This document shows, piece by piece, positions 55,773 to 64,000 of a stretch of 64,000 nt of DNA. The DNA lies in the NCBI GenBank assembly GCA_964016885.1, contig OZ024750.1, positions 2,418,001-2,482,000 on the forward strand, read 5' to 3'. The notes beneath the pieces are model-generated. The model was given only the letters and a program-made list of their open reading frames with translations. It was not told where the DNA came from and ran no database searches. Source of the DNA: Eledone cirrhosa. Taxonomy: Eukaryota. Position 1 is the first letter of the stretch; the number at the start of each line of letters is the position of its first letter. The position numbers and the translations under genes are program-made.

Positions 55773-57045
55773 TATATACACACAGCCATGTCCATATGTG
55801 TTTAATCTTTTCAGCAGTTTGGGATCAGAATTGACCAGTTTTGCTGTCTTTACAACTCATCAAGGATCACTTTCCTCTCTCTTCAATGATTCTGAGTTAA
55901 GGTAACAAATGGTTGCTTGTTAAAATGTAAACAAAATTATAATAGGTACAACTGATATGAGAGCTTCTATGTGGTCACAGGACTTGGTAGAAATAGAAGC
56001 AAAATTTCTCTCAAAGCTTTAGAATAACAAAACAGATTGGATAAAACAAGCCGAGATACAAGAGAAGAAAATCATGGCTGGAATACGTTTGATTATATAT
56101 AGACCTGCTTGATGAAAGGTGATCTGGAATTAAACAACATCAACTCCTTCATGGATTACAGCCATTACATGTCAATGAAGCTGTCATAGATGAGGAGAAA
56201 ACACAGCAATGTCTATGAAGGAATTTAACCCTAGCCACAATCAAAGTTTGTACACCAAGAACTATTAGGGTGCATTCAAAGAACAGATCAACCAATTAGC
56301 TGTTTGACACCATCTTTGCACTTCAAAATATACAGATAAGCTTGATATGTTTGACCAATATATCTACTGAAATATCTAACACTGTCTTGAAGTTAACCAC
56401 ATCAAAAACTGATATGAGCATCATTTAGATGAAGACACTGAACTTAAAGAGGCCATAATATTCTGAGACTTCCTGGTATAGATTGGTCAGACAATTAAGG
56501 CAAATCAGTCAGATTTTAGACTTTAGAGTTTTAGACAAACTTCAGACTTTTAGCCAGACTTAGCAATAGAAAATAAAGACAAGATATGTCTAGTAATGGA
56601 TAAGTCTACCTTGTCAAACAATAATGTCTCTTCAGGAGGGTTCAACAAATTAACCTGGTATAAAAACTTTGGAACAGAAATAACTAAAGACATTAACCAA
56701 TACAGAAGGTAGGTGGGGCACAAGGTGTTCCCTTCTCCGATATCCAAATGACTAAATGTCAGCAGAAGGGCTCCCAGGAGTGATGAAATAAAAATGTTTT
56801 CTAGATGAAGCAACATAATGTTAATGGTATACATAAATATATCAGATTTTAAGAGTTAAAACAAAAATAGAGAGAAGCAATGAAGAGTGTGATTGCTAAA
56901 TGTTTGGTACAATAAGAACAACTTTCAGCCATATAATGCAACAGAATAGTATAAAAAGTATATAAGAGAAGATACAACAAGATAGGAAAAAGTAAAAACT
57001 GGGGGGGTTTGTAAGAAATTTAGATTCAAAGTAAAAGGATACCAT

Positions 57046-57416
57046 ATGAACCTATTACTAGCTCTGGGGGCCGACATATCACATCTCACCAGAGCCTATT
57101 ACTAGCTTTAGGAGCCTAGATTTTAACATCTGGCCTTGACCTATTACCAGCTTTAGGGACCTACATTTTACATCTGGCCTTGACCTATTACCAGCTTTAG
57201 GGACCTACATTTTACATCTGGCCTTGACCTATTACCAGGTGGGGGGGGGGGGCTACATTTTACATCTGACCTTGACCTATTACCAGCTGGGGGGGGGGGG
57301 GGGGCTACATTTTACATCTGGCCTTGACCTAATACCAGCTTTGGGCGGCTACATTTTACATCTGGCCTTGACCTATTACCAGCTCTGTGGGCCTACACTT
57401 TACATCTGGCCTTGAT
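57046..57416. repeat. About 44-bp diverged minisatellite, about 8 copies
   Basis: Unit acatctggccttgacctattaccagctttagggacctacatttt; two units carry poly-G expansions. Confidence 0.92.
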
Positions 57417-58859
57417 CTGCCACCCAAAAAGGTATAGTTCGGCTTCAAATGTCCTTGTTACTAGGTCTGTCCCCAAGTGAAAACCTCAAAACTATAGGGA
57501 AAAATAAAAGACAAACTGTGCTATTACACACATAACTTTATGATAGAAAGCAAATAAATATATATTTAATAGTGAGGATATTTTTTCATGCCTGTTGGTC
57601 ACATGATAAGACATTTACTCCTGTCAGTCATAAGATACACTGTGTCATCTGTTCAGTACATTATCATGTCTTATACCTGATTAAACACTATATTGATACT
57701 TACTGAAATGATTTTGTTATAAATACATGACCCCAACTTTTAAACCTTACACCTATCATCTGAATCAATAAGTATTAACATTGAAAATGGTTCATATAAC
57801 CAAATGAAAATAGCAGGCCATATAATGCCAAAACAGGAAAAGTAAAGCAATACCTTAAAGAAAATTTAGTGTTGCAAAATTTACAAATAAGGCAACATGA
57901 GTAAATAAACGTTTAAAAAAGTATATTTATATATTTCCATGTCACTAAAAATTAATATAGAAACACAAGAAAAGGTTAATTATCAATTGGAATTTAGACT
58001 TTAAAAAAATATTTAGTCTAAAATATAGATTATGTTTGGCAAAGTTGACAGATCATGCTGTGATTGAAAGAAGTTATTAAAACAAAAAACAGAAATAAGT
58101 GTTCTATTATTTTGTATTTAATTTTTGGAAATGATTACATATTTCAAAGCTGCACTAAAAACAAACATTTTCTCTGACAAATTGAAATGACTTTATTACT
58201 CTCTCTCTATCTATCCTTCGCTAACAACATTTCCATTTTTCTTTCTATCTCTGCTGGCATCACTGCCAATCTTACCTCTTCCGTTGTTCTCTCCCCCCTC
58301 CCCTCCCATCTATCTTGGTAGCAATGGCTGTACCTTCTTTCTTCCCTCTCTCTCTCTAGTAAAATTTGATCCCCCACTTTCTCTGTTGCTTGCAACATGT
58401 CTCTCTCTTTCCCTGTTGGTTACAACATTTGTCTCTCTCACCCATTGCAAGCCCTTACCCACCCCTATTCTTTCTCTTACTTTCTCTCTATCTCTTTATT
58501 TTTGTCTCTTTCTCACCTACAAAAGCCTAGAAGTATATATTCCTTTGTCACCTTCTCTCTCTCCCTCTCCCCTCTTTCTACAAGCTGCTTCTCACACTCA
58601 CACTTTGCTTTATTTATTTTTATCTATTTTTTTTTTTCCAGTTTCTGAGCGAACACTCACTCATATCCCACATCCAATGCTAGAATCTACGATATATATA
58701 TAAGGTAAATTGGACAGGTGTATCTATTTACTCGGTCAACCCTATATAGAAAACCACATGCTGAAAACTAAATGAAACAAACATTGTCATGAACTGTGAC
58801 ATAGTTAAGCTTGGGTGTTGAGCCGAAAAAAAAAACTAAACTTAAACTCCTAATTAACT

Positions 58860-58943
58860 TGATATAGCATCTAATTAGAGAATGTGGTGATATAGCATCT
58901 AATTAGAGAATGTGGTGATATAGATTCTAATTAGAGAATGTGG
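58860..58943. repeat. 28-bp unit, 3 copies
   Basis: gatatagcatctaattagagaatgtggt. Confidence 0.9.
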
Positions 58944-60426
58944 AAGAAAGTTATCATATTTGTAGAATAAGTGACGAACAAAGGTCAAGAAAAAAAACAC
59001 TGATCACAGAAATATCAATGACCATTGACATTGATGTGTACGAAGCTGATAAACAATAGTAATATGTGCAATGACTCTTGATTGACTATACAAGGTTTCT
59101 ACAAAACTGACCTTATGCTTAGCCAAAATAAATCACCAATATTATTATTTCTAACATATCTAACTACTGAAATATTAAACCCAGTTATACCATATAAATT
59201 GATTGTATTAATATTCAAAGAATATTATAAAGCTTTTAAGATGTTATGATATTTATTTTTCCTTTGCTAAAATTCAAGCTATATAAAATAAATAAATAAA
59301 CATTATAAATAAAAGCTATTGAATATTATGTCATTAAAACGAAAATATTTGTTGAAATTTAATCAGAAGAAAACAGCCTAATAAAAGGTTGCACAGATGA
59401 TGTAATGGAATTGTTGGTCAGCTGACAATTCATATTCAAAGCATATAAGCTGCATGAGCAAGAATAGTGTGTAAGGTGAATGGTTCTCAAAGACAATGTT
59501 CTGAAGAAATGAATGTTTAGAAGTAGTAAATACATTTGTCAAAAATCAATACTGCAAATTTCCAAGATAAAATCAAGAGTTTACACATAGATAAATAAAT
59601 AAGGTAAACATTTACTATTGAATATGTAAAGTGTTATCTGTGTCACCTTAAAGCAGTAGTTTAGCCTAAGGCAGGGAAGTAGGTTCAATTCGAGTGTGAG
59701 ACTATAATAGGCACAATATCACTAAGTCAGCAGTTTATCAATAAGGTTACTAATATATATTGATTTCTTATTTAGGCATAAGGCCAGCAAATTTGGGTGA
59801 AGGCCAAATTTGATTAAATCAACTCCAGTGCTTGACTGGTATTTTATTGACCCTGGAATTGATGAAGGGCAAACTTGACCTCAACCCCAGTACTTGACTG
59901 GTACTTTATTTTATTGACTCTGGAAATGATGAAGGGCAAACTTGACTGCAACCCCCATATTTGACTGGTACTTTATTTTATCAAGGATCAGGGGCAAAGT
60001 TGACTTGGGAGGGATTTGAACTCAAAATCTAGAGCCACAACACAGAACAATAATTAAACTTCTAACAGGAAATATGTGAGATGTTCAATAAATGTATACT
60101 TCCACTTAATGTAGAAATAGGTTTTACAGCAAGAAGACTAAAGTAAGACAATAAACAGCAATAAAACTATCCTATACCTGACTTGATTAAAACTTGAAAA
60201 AGATATTTTATAAGAATGGGAAAACCATAAAATGGAATTAAATAAAATAATGACAAAACTTAAAGTTACATAAAACACACACACACACACGTCAGTTACA
60301 TGTACATGTATACATAATGTTTGCATACACACACACAAATATATGTATATATATTGTAAAGAGTTAGTGCCTGTTGGTTGAGCTCTTGCCATTTCAACTA
60401 GTATAAACACATACATAAACATATAC

Positions 60427-60603
60427 AATAATTGTTTCTACTTTTGCACAAGGCCAGCAATTACCCCAGTACATTACAGGTACTTTATTTTATTGACCCT
60501 GAAAGGATGAAAGGCAAAGTTAACCTCGGTGAGATTTGAACTCAGAACCTAAAGGACCCTAACTCTGTAAAGCAAGGCGTCTGGTGGTCTATTGATACTA
60601 CCA
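60427..60603 (-). mobile_element. SINE family A copy
   Basis: Reverse-complement match to the family consensus. Confidence 0.88.
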
Positions 60604-61794
60604 ATAATAATATATATCTATATATATATTATCACCATCATCAACATCATCGAATCATCGCTTTTTCGCCCACTTTTCCATCCTAGTATGGGTCGAACAA
60701 GATTCTTTAAGACAATATTTTATGCCCTTGCAGAAGCCAACCTTCTTATGGCATGCAGGTATATTATATATATATATATATATATACTCATATATACACA
60801 TCATTATGTATACATGTATCTATTTGAATAAAATAGTCGACAATATCAAAGTTTTTTTTGTTATTTTAAAATCCTTTTAGGTTCAGTTTGACTGCAAACA
60901 AACTATCATTACTATTAATGTTTTCAGTTTGTGGACAAAATATTATTTACTTTAGATTGAATAATAAAGTAAGTTCTCTTTAACAGTAAACTATATGAAA
61001 ATTCTATAACCATAAATCTTTAAAAATAATTCAAAATTTCTAGAATGTTTCAAAATAGTCATTGAATTAATGATAATAGAGAAAGTTCATCCATTGACAA
61101 ACAATGAAATTTTACTACCTCACTGGTCAATATATGTTATTTTCATATAATTGTAATAACTATTTCAAAAGAGAGTCATACTAGTCAGTAGGTTAAAATG
61201 TCTAATATGGTCTTAGTGGTAAGAAACTCTCACAAGAGCTGGACAGCAGAAGGTCTTCAGAGAAGAACCCCCCCCCCCCATGCCTTAAGCAAGTGATTCA
61301 GCCCTTAACTTCATAAATTCTAAGGGGACCAGGCTACATCTAGGTAATGACTCCCTTCTGCTGATATTTAACCATTGAGATATTTGAGACTTTGCATGTA
61401 TTTATGTTGCTTCATCTAGCAAACATTTTTATTTCATGAATACAATAAACAAAAGAAATTACAGGGTCTCATGTAAATAATTCACAACCACATTGGACAA
61501 AACTGTGAATGTGTTTAACCCAAATGATGATAAGTGAGATGAACTAAACGAGACAATTTTTTTCAGTTCTACAAAAAGGATTTATTAATCAAAATTTTAC
61601 TGAGTAGTTCCATAAGTTAATACTTTTTATAAATGGTGATGATAGTGATGATTATGATGGGGAGGATAGCAACAAACAGAAAAATGAACTTTTAATAATG
61701 GCTGCAAGAGTTTCTGGAGCCGATGGCTATGTTTATATAAAATTTACTATGAAATGGAAATGTATGAATGAAATACTGTATGTGTGAGTGTAAG

Positions 61795-61831
<37 letters not shown>

Positions 61832-61969
61832 CAATCTATTCTAACAGTAAGTTCTTTTTGATGAATTGCCTCAAATATTTTAATGGTAAAACTAAAAATT
61901 GCAATTTTATTTCAAATATTGAATTGATTCCATAACCATTGTTATCCACAGAAATAAATCATAGTGTTA

Positions 61970-62740
61970 TCTATATATATAAAACTGAGGATGTCTGTCT
62001 GTGTGTGTGTGAGTTTTGAATCCCTAAAACTCAAGAAGCACCCAACCGACTGTTTTCAAAATTTACACATGTAATACTTATGTTTCAGGGAGTGTTCTGA
62101 GCAAAATAAATTTCAAATTTTCAATGCCCTAGGGACCGCATTAGGCGATTTAGCGATCTCTCTCTAGATCTCTCGCTATAATTCTTAGTCTTTCTGTTTT
62201 TAGATAGATACATACATATAACGTTGCACCCTTATAATATCTGTCTGTATGTCTGACTGTCTGCATTACGTCACTTCCCTGAGGATGTCTGTCTGTGTGT
62301 GCGTGTGTCTGTCAGTTTGAATCCCTAAAACTCGAGAAGTACCCAACCGATGTGTATTACTTATGTTTCAGGGAGTGTTATGCACATAAAGAAATTCAAC
62401 TTTTTTATCTCCTAGGGCCTGCATTAGGTGAAAAACTGCGTTTTTTCAGCTTTTTAGGGGGTTTTTGAGGCGCTACGTCTAGCCGATTTTCCCGAAATTT
62501 CAAGGTATATTAGGCACATTAAAAAATTCATTTTGCTTGATCCCCTAGGGCCCGCATTAGGTGAAAACCTGCATTTTTCCTGCTTCATCGAGGAAAATCT
62601 TAAAGATTATCCAGCCATCAGAGTATTCGGTTTATTTTCTTTACATATTGTCCAGGCATGCAATTTTTCCACGATTAGGTCTGTTGGCGGCCCGGGTTCC
62701 AAAATACCTTATCCCGTGCAACGCCAGGTACCACAGCTAG
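61970..62740 (+). mobile_element. Non-autonomous Helitron
   Basis: A|TCtatatatataaa 5' end and a 3' end cccgtgcaacgccaggtaccacagCTAG|T with a subterminal hairpin-like motif. There is no TSD, and the element has internal direct repeats (61986.. versus 62279..). Confidence 0.82.
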
Positions 62741-64000
62741 TAAATGATATAAATAACATGATTTTCTCCCTATAAGAACATGGTAAACAACTGGTATATT
62801 TTCCATACCAATAAAGGAAGTTCTAGTGATAATGGAATAGAGAAGATTTATGATTTTAAAGAAATTTATTTCATTTTTAAGAAGTCATCGTCTGCCTTAC
62901 AATAATTCCACACTTCTGTGGTACTTGAAGATAAAAGAAGAATACCTCAAAGAAGTAATTGAAAAAAAAGGGTAATATTCAAATAGATCCTGTTGATACT
63001 AAACTGCCTGAAACCTTCACTGGTTTCGCAATACCAAGTTATTTACTTTAAAATGTTTATATTTATCTGGACAAAAACTTCCATCATACTTTTATATAAG
63101 AACCTGTCAGTTTTACTACAAACACCAGCTTAATAGCAAGGAAAATATATTATAAAATCCTTTCAAATACTTGATTATTTCCCAATTTAATTTGAAATTT
63201 TAAGCTGTGTCTGAGGGCATATTCAGTATCTTTCATACATGTTTAATTCAAAGGATATATGAAGATCTTATATTAATACACACAAAACTAGAGACAATAT
63301 AATTGGCTACACATCTCCCACTAAATATGAGTATATTATAAATTTGAAATAAGTATCAAAACTAAAGATTCTGAAAGATATATATTTTATGAAAGAAACA
63401 TAAAAAAGCTGAATTGCATTAAAGTTCCAAAAGTGATAAAATAATTGTTTACAAGAATAAGGAATTTAAAAAATTTAATTTTAATTCTTTAAATTATTCC
63501 CCAAGTTTATATCTCTCTACCATTTTACATATGAAAGATTATTATATAAAATATTCACAAATTATCAATAAACACTTGAGAAAATACAGAATTGTGAGTA
63601 AATTTGTATTTGAAATCACAGGTGAACAATGAAAAGAAAGGAAGATGTTGATAAATACCTGTATAAGATTATACAAAAGGAATGGGTGCATTTATAAGGG
63701 AATTAACAAGAAAAATATATGACAAGATAATATATAAATACGCACTCACACACACATAAATATAGTTATATTTGGGGCTGGTCATGTTGCCAATATTGGC
63801 AATAAAAAAATACATGCACCATTTGATTTTTACTTCACCTTTATTATTAGCTAATAGTTAATTCATCGATGTTCTTTTGTCACACATCCTGTGACCTCCT
63901 CAAAAACTATTTGTTTTCATCTGTGTCTCCTCTTTTTCTGCTCTTATTTAGTTTACTCCATCTTGTCTTTCTGTGGTACTTTTCCCTGTCTGCACAGATT

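Noticed and set aside
56150-56840. Possible decayed tyrosine-recombinase/DIRS fragment (TLCPTYLLY)
   Set aside because: A single short motif with no other support visible; would need an HMM search.

Overview
AT-rich, repeat-dense eukaryotic DNA with microsatellites, tRNA-derived SINEs, MITEs and a Helitron. The repeat landscape suggests a coleoid cephalopod such as Octopus (inference). One exon is clearly recognisable: 183..299 on the minus strand encodes GSAESTCSQPSTDLSLDEEREALRRETEHQALTQLEQAR, the conserved pre-SH3 exon of a voltage-gated calcium channel beta subunit (Cav-beta/CACNB). The rest of the window is upstream or intronic sequence of that gene. It holds several candidate alternative first coding exons that end in phase-0 GT donors (4957..5052, 33686..33751, 44238..44798 and two weaker ones). 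It also contains seven larger minisatellite arrays (one born inside a SINE head), RTE-like LINE remnants, fragments resembling Penelope-type hammerhead ribozymes, and long hairpins. Nearly all long ORFs in the supplied track are repeat artefacts. Exon coordinates were counted by hand; repeat boundaries and copy numbers are approximate.
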